Shown here: positions 10,775 through 19,991 of the stretch, piece after piece
Position numbering within the stretch: position 1 is the stretch's first letter
How the letters are laid out: every line of letters begins with the position of its first letter
Source: an uncultured Chloroflexia bacterium
GTDB taxonomy: Bacteria; Chloroflexota; UBA6077; JACCZL01
Reading direction: 5' to 3'
Length of the DNA stretch: 64,000 nucleotides
Assembly: GCA_963765765.1 (NCBI GenBank)
Contig: CAVXYC010000019.1
Location: forward strand, 1-64,000
Program-made: the position numbers and the translations under genes
Notes under the pieces: model-generated
What the model was told of the DNA's origin: nothing
The model's database searches: none
The model's input: only the letters and a program-made list of their open reading frames with translations

Positions 10775-11992
10775 ATGTCCGTTCGCCCAGAATTCACCGC
10801 TCCTACCAGCGAGGAGACGCCAGCGGGGCATCTCACATACAAACGCTCTCACAGCCCCTATGAGCGGTTCGTCGAATCGGAGGGGATTCCGATCGTGCGT
10901 GGCGTCGGCGTCTACGACACCCGCGAGGTCGAGCTTGGTCAATGGGATCGCGTTGGTGGGCGAGGCGCTTACCTGTTTCTGGACGGAATCGGCAGCCAGA
11001 AAGGCATGTACCTGGTAGAGGTGCCTGCTCGTGGTGAGCTGAACGTGCAGCGGCACCTGTTTGACGAGTTCTATCTCGTCATCGAGGGGCGCGGCACGAC
11101 GGAAGCTTGGAAGAACGGGAGCAGTCGCAAGCACTCCTTTGAATGGGCCACGGGCTCCCTATTCACCGTGCCGATGAACGCCAATTTCCGACTCGTCAAT
11201 CCCGGCAGCTCACCGGCCCTCCTCCTGGCAGCGAACAACTGTCCGCCTCTCATGAACATCTTTCAGGACGCTAATTTCGTCTTCAACCCACCGTTGGACG
11301 AGATGCCGCGGTTTGATGAGAGTGAGGACTTCTTCAAGCCCAAGACGGACATCCAGGCAGATGAGGTCCGCGGCCGCGCCGCCATTGAGAGCAATGTGTT
11401 CGCCGACATCATCAATTGCGATTTGCCCCTGGACAACCAACGGGCGCCCGGCTTTCGGCGCATCCAGCCTTATTTCCACGGCTTCCTTCGAGACCAGGGC
11501 ACCGGCGGCTTCATTGCGCAGTATCCAACTGGACGGTATTCAAAGGCGCATTACCATGCGTCAGGCGCCGTGCTGGTCTGTTTGCAGGGCGAGGGCTACT
11601 CGTTCAATTGGCGCATCGAGCATGGCCCCACCCCCTGGAAGGATGGCAAGGGCGACCAGGTGATGATCCAGCCGTACAAGCAGGGCGGATTGGTGGCGGC
11701 AGCCCCGGGGGGCGGCAACTGGTTCCACCAGCACTTCAGTGTTGGCGCGGAGCCGATGCGGTTCATCAACTACTGGGGTGGACCCGACGGTCAATGGGGC
11801 AATGCTGCCGAGGAAACCGATGGCGAGGACGTGAAGGCCGGCAACATCTACGGTATTGAGGAAGGCGGACGAAGCATCAATTACTGGATGGAAGATCCCT
11901 ACATCCGTGAGCTCTTTGCCAAACGCCTCCGTGAGAACGGCGTTGAGCCGACGATGCCGGAGCGGCTGTACCAGCGCCCTGCGGGGAGATAG
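10775..11992 (+). CDS. Bicupin protein, copy B (tandem paralog of 9349-10563)
   Basis: About 30 aa differences from copy A over ~405 aa (by-eye count). Confidence 0.8.
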   Translation: MSVRPEFTAPTSEETPAGHLTYKRSHSPYERFVESEGIPIVRGVGVYDTREVELGQWDRVGGRGAYLFLDGIGSQKGMYLVEVPARGELNVQRHLFDEFYLVIEGRGTTEAWKNGSSRKHSFEWATGSLFTVPMNANFRLVNPGSSPALLLAANNCPPLMNIFQDANFVFNPPLDEMPRFDESEDFFKPKTDIQADEVRGRAAIESNVFADIINCDLPLDNQRAPGFRRIQPYFHGFLRDQGTGGFIAQYPTGRYSKAHYHASGAVLVCLQGEGYSFNWRIEHGPTPWKDGKGDQVMIQPYKQGGLVAAAPGGGNWFHQHFSVGAEPMRFINYWGGPDGQWGNAAEETDGEDVKAGNIYGIEEGGRSINYWMEDPYIRELFAKRLRENGVEPTMPERLYQRPAGR

Positions 11993-12127
11993 TCAACCGC
12001 CAGGGAGGCTTGTCATACTGGGAGATTCGACGCGCTACGGCACGCCAACATGCCGGACGGGGGCTGCTAAAGTCCCCGGGCCGCGGAGCGAAACTCCCGA
12101 CGGCGTTACTTCCAAGTACCGGACTCC

Positions 12128-12199
12128 CTGTCATCCTGAGTGCAGCGAAGGATCTTCCCCACCGGCGTCTAAGAAACCGTCGGGGAAGATCCTTCGCTG
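12128..12199. repeat. Second, right-truncated copy of the TGTCATCCTGAG palindrome
   Basis: Left arm identical to 10606; right arm stops at CCTTCGCTG and runs into an ABC ATPase fragment. Confidence 0.75.
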
Positions 12200-12568
12200 T
12201 GTTGATAGATGAGCCATTCGCTGCGTTGGATGCTCAAACGCGCGAGATCATGCAGGGACGAGCTGTTGCGCATCTGACGGGAGGCGGGCAACACCGTGGT
12301 GTTCATCACGCACCAGATTGACGAGGCGATCTTCCTGGATGATCGTGTCATGGTGCTACCCGCGCGGCCGGGGCGCATTCGCGAGATACTGCCGGTGGAA
12401 ATCGAACGGCCGCGAACGCTGCACGTCAAACGCAGCCCGGAGTTCACTCAGCTAGCGGATCACGTCTGGCACAGTATCGAGCGCGAGGTTCGCGCGTCCA
12501 TTTCACTCGAGCAGGTTGCCGAGAAGAGCGGGCGCTCGGCACATGACACAGAGATTGCGGAGGAGTAG
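12200..12568 (+). pseudogene. C-terminal fragment of a NitT/TauT-family ABC ATPase
   Basis: LIDEPFAALDAQTRE (Walker B/D-loop), VFITHQIDEAIFL, ARPGRI; no Walker A; in-frame TGA and a frameshift. Confidence 0.75.
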
Positions 12569-12642
12569 GATTCCAAGCGGAGGTACGGTACCAGGCACAT
12601 CTCTCGACCGCATTTCGCCGATTCAGCAAGAAGGAGAGTAAC

Positions 12643-13404
12643 GTGGCGGAACGAATCTGGGACAAATTTCTTACTGAGCAGGATAAGGAACATCTGGCCG
12701 CCTCCGAAGGCCGCAAGAAGCCCGTGGGCTTCGGGAAAAAGACCGCGCTGGTGATCGTGGACATGTATCGCGGAGTCTTCGGCGACGAGCCGGAGCCGCT
12801 CATGGAATCGATCAAGAAGTGGCCCGGTAGCTGCGGGATGGCCGGCTGGAACGCGCTCCCTTACTTCCAGACTCTCCTTGCCGAGGCGCGAGCGGCCAAG
12901 ATTCCGATCGTTCACGTCACGATGATGGACGACGCGGGCGTAGAAGGCTGGTCGGTCAAGCGAGGCATGCCGAAGTCCACGACGCCCTCGGATCCGGCGG
13001 CTGCAGAGCGACAGTCCCGCCGCGCGGACATCGTGACCGAGCTGACCCCGTTGCCGGGTGAGGCGGTGTTGAAAAAGGTCGCTCCAAGCTCGTTCTGGGG
13101 CACCCCACTCGCTGCGCACCTGAACTACAACGACGTGGACACGGTCATCGCGGTTGGCGAGAGCACGAGCGGCTGCTTGCGCGCCACGGTGGTTGAAGGC
13201 ACGAGCTATCGCTTCCGGATGATCGTGGCTGAAGAGTGCGCGTTCGACCGGCATGAGTCGGCCCATGCGATGAACCTCTTCGACATGAACCAGAAGTATG
13301 CGGATGTCCTGCCTCTCGCAGAGGTCGTGGAGTACCTGCGATCCCTGCATCCTGATGACTATGCTGCCGCTCCTGAGAAAGAGCTGGTAGGCGCCACCGC
13401 GTAG
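12643..13404 (+). CDS. Isochorismatase-family cysteine hydrolase (maleamate amidohydrolase/N-carbamoylsarcosine amidase-like)
   Basis: ALVIVDMY (Asp), KKVAPSSF (Lys), STSGCLRAT (Cys) triad; RBS AAGGAG. Confidence 0.85.
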   Translation: MAERIWDKFLTEQDKEHLAASEGRKKPVGFGKKTALVIVDMYRGVFGDEPEPLMESIKKWPGSCGMAGWNALPYFQTLLAEARAAKIPIVHVTMMDDAGVEGWSVKRGMPKSTTPSDPAAAERQSRRADIVTELTPLPGEAVLKKVAPSSFWGTPLAAHLNYNDVDTVIAVGESTSGCLRATVVEGTSYRFRMIVAEECAFDRHESAHAMNLFDMNQKYADVLPLAEVVEYLRSLHPDDYAAAPEKELVGATA

Positions 13405-13435
13405 CCTCATTTCGGAAGTTGGCTTCTACTGCGAA

Positions 13436-13476
13436 ATCAATGGGGTGAGAGGTCTTGAATCTCTCACCCCATTGAT
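13436..13476. terminator. 16-bp perfect stem hairpin
   Basis: ATCAATGGGGTGAGAG ... CTCTCACCCCATTGAT after the isochorismatase stop. Confidence 0.6.
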
Positions 13477-13668
13477 ACTGCGTTCGATGGGCGGTGTCCC
13501 CTGGGCTTCCGTTCTTGGCTAACCGGGCACTCCGCTGAAGGTACGGCGACCCCAAAGATACCGTCATGGTGGCGTTTTCGGTGGCCGGGCGAAGGCCATG
13601 CTATGCTCCTTGAGTTATGCCCGCGACTGGCGCGGCGTTGGTGCGGATCTCGCAGACTCGGGGAAGCA

Positions 13669-14541
13669 ATGGATCGGTGTGACGGCGGAGTCGAGAGAGT
13701 CACGCGCCGGAGAGTGCTTCGAACTATGGGCGGAGCGGGCGCCGCGCTGATCCTCGGGCGGAATCTAATCACGGCTCGGCCAACCCAGGCGCACGATGGC
13801 CAAGATCACGGTAGCGGCGCTCATGCCGCGCCGGACCGGATGATCTGGTATTCGCTGGCAAGCCGTGAGCTCGGACCGCTGCCCGTAGGCGGCACCAAGA
13901 GCGATTACGGGGCTGAGATTGGCGCCTCCTCGTTTCAAGACGAAAGCTTCGTCATTCATATCAATCGGTTTAAAGACGGCCTTGCGGGCCGTGAGGAGTG
14001 GCTGTCACGTCGGATCGGTGACTTCTCATTCCGCGATGGCGCAGTCATGGTCGATGTGCTGGACGAGCTTAACCCAACGGGCAAGGCCGCATACGCCATT
14101 GAGATGCGACGACAGGCGTATAAGCAGCGCAGGTATATACGGTCCAACTGGCTCTGGGTGCAGCCGTCAGATCGCCACGTACACATCCAGAGCGACGGTG
14201 TCTGGAACAAGATGGAGAAGCTTGCGGAGGACCCTGGAGCCAGCGGTGCGGTCCGCGACGGCGGGCAGTGGAACACGTTGCTCTTCATCGCTCAGGGCGA
14301 CCATCTCGAGGGCTGGGTAAACGGTCTGAAAGTGGTAGAGGCGCAGGACGGCCGCTGGGGCTCTGGCCAGATTAGCTTGGTCGCCTTACGGCGTGACCGA
14401 GAGGAAGTGCGAGTGCGGTTTCGAAACCTTCGAATCTGGCCCGATATGCCGCCGGATCCAGTGGCCGTCTGGGCAGATGTCGGAGTTCCCGAGGCGCCGG
14501 CAATGGATGAGTCACCGCCACCACATCAGCACGAGCATTGA
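13669..14541 (+). CDS. Tat-exported protein with DUF1080/LamG-like beta-sandwich domain
   Basis: TRRRVL twin-arginine motif, AQA-like cleavage; GQWNTLLFIAQGDHLEGWVNG ... GQISL ... VRFRNLRI. Confidence 0.6.
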   Translation: MDRCDGGVERVTRRRVLRTMGGAGAALILGRNLITARPTQAHDGQDHGSGAHAAPDRMIWYSLASRELGPLPVGGTKSDYGAEIGASSFQDESFVIHINRFKDGLAGREEWLSRRIGDFSFRDGAVMVDVLDELNPTGKAAYAIEMRRQAYKQRRYIRSNWLWVQPSDRHVHIQSDGVWNKMEKLAEDPGASGAVRDGGQWNTLLFIAQGDHLEGWVNGLKVVEAQDGRWGSGQISLVALRRDREEVRVRFRNLRIWPDMPPDPVAVWADVGVPEAPAMDESPPPHQHEH

Positions 14542-15723
14542 GACACCGCCGCCCGACAATGTTTGGAGCTCATCTTGTTCTGGTCGGCCTTCTAGCGATC
14601 CTGACGACCATGGCGACGTTGCCAGGAGCTGGAAACGCTCAGAACCAACGAATGGTTGTCGCGTATTACATCTCTGAGGACGCTCGCTCCTGGCACGCGC
14701 TGGAAGCTAACGCGGGCTCGATCGACATCGTGGCCGCCCAGTGGATGGGAGTGGACCCGTGCGGAGGCATCTCGTCGCATGACGATCAGACGCTGAAGCA
14801 GTTTGCGCGCGATCGAGGAATATCAGTATTTCCCACGCTGGTGACGTTCTCGGGTTGGTTGAACCATCGCCTTCTTGGGGATCCAGATATTCGCAATCGC
14901 TTCTTGGGTGAGATCGTCGATTACGTCGTGGCCGAGGATTACGAAGGCTTTGACCTGGACCTGGAGGGTGTCGAGGGGACGGATCGCGCTGCGTACACAA
15001 GCTTTGTCGAATCGCTTGCTTCTAGCTTGCACGAGCGCGGGAAGCGGCTCAGCCTGGCCCTTGGACCGAAGGTACGCGACGTCACCACCGGCTGGTCCGG
15101 AGCATACGATTACGCGGCCCTTGGGCAGCATGCCGATCTGATCACCGTGATGACGTATGAGTTCAGCGGGCCGTGGGGCGGTCCAGGCCCGATTGCGCCG
15201 GCCCCGTGGGTGGACGAGGTGATGGCGTTCGCCACGTCTCAGATTCCGAGCGAGAAAGTGCTTCTGGGGATTGCCTACTATGGCTATGACTGGAATACCG
15301 TGACGGGTCGGTCCCGAGCATTGGGATACTTGGAGGCCGCTGCCACGGCGGAGCGATACGGCATGCACATTGGGTTGGATGAGGCGACGCAGTCGGGCAC
15401 GTTCCGCTACCAGACCGCCGGCGGGCACGCCCTTGCCTGCCGTATCACGAGCGGCGCCCGTGCAGCATGTGGTGACGCATCGCAACGCGCCTCCCTGCGA
15501 TGTTGGGATGCCGCCAGCGCCGCCGGCCCGCGAACCCCGGCCATCGAATCCCCCGGGCGTTCCCGAAGAGCATGTCGTCTGGATTGAAGAGAGCGCCAGC
15601 GCGCAAGCTCGCTTGCAGATCGCGGACAAATACCAGACGCGCGGTATAGCCACCTGGCGTCTGGGCCAGGATGATCCAGCAGTGTGGCCAATTATCGATG
15701 CCTGGCGCGCGACGGGAAGGTAG
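14538..15723 (+). CDS. Glycoside hydrolase family 18 (chitinase/YaaH-like); frameshift near 15420
   Basis: FDLDLE catalytic motif, VMTYE, YYGYDW, GIATWRLGQDD. Confidence 0.85.
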
Positions 15724-15731
15724 AGAGTCTT

Positions 15732-15802
15732 CGGTGGGGCGGGTCTCCGTACCCGCCATTCCGACAATGGCTTACTGGCTGGTACGGAGACCCGCCCCAC
15801 CG
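15732..15802. repeat. REP-like doublet between convergent genes
   Basis: CGGTGGGGCGGGTCTCCGTACCCGCC / GGCTGGTACGGAGACCCGCCCCACCG. Confidence 0.7.
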
Positions 15803-15807
15803 GGAAC

Positions 15808-16931
15808 TTAGCTCGCGAATCGCGAGGGGTTGAACGGCTCCAAGTCCACGCTGGGCTCCAGGCCTTGGATGATTTGAGTTACCAGCTCTCCCGTGATGGG
15901 GCCCAGCAGAATGCCGTTGCGATAGTGGCCCGTAGCGAAGATCAGGTTATCGGCGCCGGGCGCGATGCCAATGATCGGCATCTCGTCCGGGGGCATGGGA
16001 CGAAAGCCAGCGTAGGCGCCCCGTAGTTCGGCCTGGGCCAGCGAGGGAATAGCCTTCGCAACGCGGGTGAGGAAGGCAATGCCCTCCAGTGTCACCCGTC
16101 GATCGTACTCGGCGTCTTCCTCAGTGGCGCCGATCACCACGGTGCCGTCACGTTTGGGAACCATGTAATTGTGGCCATCGTAAATGACTCGTGTAGCGCG
16201 CCGTGTCTCGGACGGCGGAGGCTGCACGAGCATAAGCTGGCCCTTGCGAGATATCACCGGCAGCGGCGCGCCTAGCCATTCTTGATACAGACTTCCCCAG
16301 GCACCGGTGGAGACGACGACATAACCTGCGCTGACGGATCCCGATGGAGTTTGCACCCCGACAACTCGTTGACGGTCGCGGAGTAAACCAAAGGCCGGGT
16401 TGCCGCCTAGAAACGTTGCGCCGCGACGGCATGCTCCTCGATGTAACCCTGAACCAGCCGCGGCGTCAGCACGTGACTCATAAGCGCGGTGTAGAGACCG
16501 CCATCGATGAGCGGCGACAGGCTCGGCTCCAGTCGCCGCAGATCCGCGCCTTCCAGCCAGGTCACGTCGATGCCGCGCTCGCGCTCCCATTGTTCTGACT
16601 GCTTGAGTGCGCCGGCGGTCTGTTCATTCCAGGCCACCCGCACCCCGCCGGCCTGGTCCAGGTCAATATCGATGCTCAGTTCGTCGCGTACCTCGGCGGC
16701 GATGCGCGGGAAGTGCTGGAAGCTCGCCATACCCAGCTCGCAGAACGGGCCCGGAGCGCCAGCCTCAGCGGACGGCGCCAGAATTCCGGCGAGCAACATA
16801 TATGCCTGGCCGCCTGGCTGATCGCGGTCGATAACGACGACGCTCAATCCGGCTTTGCTGAGGTAGTAGGCGATACAGCACCCGACGACCCCGCCGCCCA
16901 GGACGGCGACGTCGGCTGTCCGTCCCTTCAT
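15808..16931 (-). CDS. thiO: Glycine oxidase ThiO (frameshift near 16410)
   Basis: GGGVVG FAD motif, RKGQ, AGFRP, ATGHYRNGILLGP; coupled to thiS. Confidence 0.85.
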
Positions 16932-17128
16932 CCGCCGCCTACCATGCGGACGATCTCCAGAGTGTCGCCGGAGACTAGCTTTACCGAGCTCCATTGCTCG
17001 CGCTTAACGATCTCTCCGTTACGCTCGACAGCGACGATGCGCGGGTCGATCTCGTTAGTTTCGAGAAATGAAAGGATGGTGGCGTTGTCCGACGCTTCAC
17101 GCGGCTTGCCGTTAACTGTGAGCTGCAT
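16928..17128 (-). CDS. thiS: Sulfur carrier protein ThiS
   Basis: MQLTVNG ... VAVERNGEIV ... LEIVRMVGGG C-terminal GG. Confidence 0.92.
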   Translation of the reverse strand: MQLTVNGKPREASDNATILSFLETNEIDPRIVAVERNGEIVKREQWSSVKLVSGDTLEIVRMVGGG

Positions 17129-17145
17129 ACAGTGAATGAGAAATT

Positions 17146-17771
17146 CTACTGAAGTGCGAGCCAAAGCCGCTGCGCGGCCTCGGCAGGATCGCTCGCCCCG
17201 AGAATCTCGGAAATCACCGCGACGCCATCTGCGCCCGCGGCCATCACCGACGGCGCGTTGTGGGCCGTAATTCCGCCAATCCCGGCGAGCGGCAATCGCA
17301 CGGCTTCACGGATGTTCCGCATAAGCGTCAGCCCCTCCGGAACTTTCCGGGGTGGGATCGTGTAGTGAACATCGTGCCTACCACCAGGTAGTCAGCGCCA
17401 TCATGTTCCGCCTGTCTAGCCTCGTCCAGGGCGTGAACGGACGCTCCAATCAGCAAGTCGGGTGCTATCGTACGTGCCACAGATACAGGAATAGAGCCCG
17501 CTCCAAGCTGCACTCCATCCGCGCGGCACGCCAGCGCCACATCAATGCGGTCGTTGATGATAAGTGCGACGCCTTCAGGGAGACCCGCTTTCAGTCGCGA
17601 TGCGATTTGGAGTAGCTCGGAGGCGGAAAGGTCCTTCTCGCGCAGCTGAACGGCGGTGACGCATCCACCTGTCGCGGCGATGATTGCATCGGCTAGTCGG
17701 CGCTCTGTTGCGAGACTTCGATCGCTCACAAGCATGAGGATCGGGTAGCTTAGAGCATCCTTCCGAGTCAT
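17146..17771 (-). CDS. thiE: Thiamine phosphate synthase (frameshift near 17335)
   Basis: VQLREKD, IINDRIDVA, GASVH, TRSHPG; second frame gives AGIGGITAHN ... GVAVISEI. Confidence 0.85.
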
Positions 17772-17834
17772 GGAGCCCTGCGAAAAAGCGCTGAAGCGCT
17801 CACTACATGCCCTTGGTGAGCGTCTAGTAGCGGC

Positions 17835-18599
17835 TTACCGGACTACACCTTCAACAGGGCTAGACGCAGCCGCGTATGGCTTTGGAGGGATGCGTCCAGC
17901 CAGGAAGGCTTTGCGGCCCCCAGCGACGCCATCGGCAAAGGCTTCGGCCATCAGGCCGGGGTTGCTGGAGAGGGCGATAGCGGTGTTGACGAGGACAGCG
18001 TCAGCTCCGAGCTCCATGGCAATGGCGGCATCGGACGGCACGGCGAGGCCGGCATCTACGACGACGGGCACGCGGGCTTGTTCAATGATGATCTGGATCT
18101 TGCGGAAGTATGGGATGCCCTGACCCGAGCCGATTGGCGAGGCGAGCGGCATGACCGTGGCACAGCCCGCTTCTTCAAGCTGCTTTGCCAGGATGGGGTC
18201 ATCGTTTATATAGGGCAAGACCACGAAGCCTTCGGAAACGAGCTTTCGAGCGGCTTCCAGCGTGCCCACTGAGTCTGGCAGGAGATACTTCTCATCTCCG
18301 ATAACCTCGAGCTTGACCCAGTTAGAGCCGGTGACTTCGCGTCCTAGACGGGCAATACGGATGGCCTCGTCGGCGGTGTAGCAGCCGGCGGTGTTGGGCA
18401 GAATCGTGTAGCGCGACCAGTCGATCTCGTCCAGCAGCGTGCGGGGCTGATCGAAATCGATGCGTCGAATCGCGACGGTAACCATCTCCGTCCCGCCAGC
18501 CTGGTACGCGTCGCGCATCTCATCGGCGCTTCGGAACTTTCCCGAGCCCATGATGAGTCGGGACGAGAACGACTTTCCCGCGATTTCTAGCTGATCCAT
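17835..18599 (-). CDS. thiG: Thiazole synthase
   Basis: [36 protein letters not shown]. Confidence 0.95.
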   Translation of the reverse strand: MDQLEIAGKSFSSRLIMGSGKFRSADEMRDAYQAGGTEMVTVAIRRIDFDQPRTLLDEIDWSRYTILPNTAGCYTADEAIRIARLGREVTGSNWVKLEVIGDEKYLLPDSVGTLEAARKLVSEGFVVLPYINDDPILAKQLEEAGCATVMPLASPIGSGQGIPYFRKIQIIIEQARVPVVVDAGLAVPSDAAIAMELGADAVLVNTAIALSSNPGLMAEAFADGVAGGRKAFLAGRIPPKPYAAASSPVEGVVR

Positions 18600-18765
18600 G
18601 GTTCTCCCTCCTCAGAGCTCGGGCCCTCTCATCATTCTAATGGAAGCCTGGGTGGGAGACTCACAATCGGGAGGATGTCCAAAAACGTCTTCCAACAAGA
18701 CCGGCTCCTCTCCAAAGGGCGAGGGAGTCGCTCTTACTCCACGGCGCTCAAACATGGTTGCAGAG

Positions 18766-19752
18766 TTAGCGAACTCGATCCACGGAGAACTGCACAAGAT
18801 AGACTGACTCGGCCGGGTCCCAGGGACCGATCTGGCGCTCCCACATCTCCCTGAACTGCTGGAGTGTGTAACCACCCTCTCGGGCTGCATCCTCAGGAGT
18901 GAGCTCGCTGAGTCGCTTCTTGATGACGTCGGTGATCTCCAGGTCGGCGAAGTAGCTGACAGCCGCTCGCACGATGGTCCCCGGACGAAGCGATGGATCC
19001 AGACGACGTCGGGTAGTCTGGGTTTTTTCGGCGGCCATGATCGCCTTGTAGTTGCGATGATTGAACGTCAGCGTCGGGCGTGTCTCTTCGGACGCTTCCT
19101 GGACAAGCTGCGAGACGTCTGCCGGCGGTTCCTCGGCAGCCCTGCGGATGATCTCTTGCGCCACCGCGCCAGACTGAGGCTCATCGGCAAGGCGCTGAAT
19201 GACCTCAACTTGGCGTTCAGGGTCGGCAATCCTCTGGGCCACTTCCAGTGCCGTGCGATAGGCGATCTTGCCTTTGGGAACCCGTTGCGATTCCCGCGGG
19301 GCAATACGCTCCTGAATCTCCTCTGGAAGCTCCAGGGTACGCACCCAGGCCCGCACGGTGTCAGGCTCCACGCCGATGCGTCTTGCGATGCCGTCCCAGT
19401 TTGGATAGTGCTCCGGAAACGTCTCGCGAAGTTGCATGCACAGGCGACCTTTTTCAACGGCCGAGAGATCCTCGCGTTGCACGTTCTCCACGAGATTGAT
19501 CTCCATGACCTCTTCGTCGGAGTACGAGCGCACGATGACGGGAACCTCATCGAGCCCGGCTTGCTGAGCGGCGCGATAGCGACGTTCGCCGACAACGACT
19601 TCAAAGTGACTGTTGACCGGCCGAACGATGAGGGGCTCGAGAATGCCGTACTGCCGAATGCTGGCCGAGAGGTCATCAAGGCCTGCCTTGGAGAACGTCG
19701 TACGGGGGTTCAGACGGTTCGGCTGGATCTGTTTCAGCTCGACGTCAGGCAT
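18766..19752 (-). CDS. ParB/Spo0J-family CTPase-HTH protein fused to a C-terminal ASCH (YqfB-like) domain
   Basis: NPR, GILEPLIVR, GERRYRAA, ENVQREDL, HTH WDGIARRIGVEPDTV; C-terminal TFNHRNYKAIMAAEKTQTTR ... LSELTPEDAAREGG ... VYLVQF; RBS GGAG. Confidence 0.82.
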   Translation of the reverse strand: MPDVELKQIQPNRLNPRTTFSKAGLDDLSASIRQYGILEPLIVRPVNSHFEVVVGERRYRAAQQAGLDEVPVIVRSYSDEEVMEINLVENVQREDLSAVEKGRLCMQLRETFPEHYPNWDGIARRIGVEPDTVRAWVRTLELPEEIQERIAPRESQRVPKGKIAYRTALEVAQRIADPERQVEVIQRLADEPQSGAVAQEIIRRAAEEPPADVSQLVQEASEETRPTLTFNHRNYKAIMAAEKTQTTRRRLDPSLRPGTIVRAAVSYFADLEITDVIKKRLSELTPEDAAREGGYTLQQFREMWERQIGPWDPAESVYLVQFSVDRVR

Positions 19753-19991
19753 GCAGACAACACTCCGATTCGTACTGTCCCACCGTGATTCATGGCGGGT
19801 GCCGGCCGCCCTCTGCGACCCGCGACACATCTGACCCTTTCAGGGCGATGTCGTCAGTAAGAGTATCGGCGTATCAGTCGATGTTTTACATTGCGGTTCC
19901 ATTACCAGGTCATCTCAGACGAATAACAGAGCAAGCCGTGAGTGATGAGTATCAAATCGTTTAACTTCATCCACTCAGCACTCATGACCCA

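Noticed and set aside
9784-10842. Long antisense ORFs (also 12460-13410, 14823-15800, 49250-50281)
   Set aside because: High-GC shadow frames opposite well-supported genes, with no recognisable motifs
9349-11992. Tandem cupins as an assembly duplication artefact
   Set aside because: Extensive synonymous divergence with both frames intact indicates true paralogs
18600-18765. TPP riboswitch upstream of thiG
   Set aside because: Conserved core motifs not found; only a small hairpin at ~18702-18730
18766-19752. Canonical chromosomal parB or prophage/plasmid partition locus
   Set aside because: No parA, no consensus parS (TGTTTCACGTGAAACA) seen, no origin or phage genes, and an atypical C-terminus
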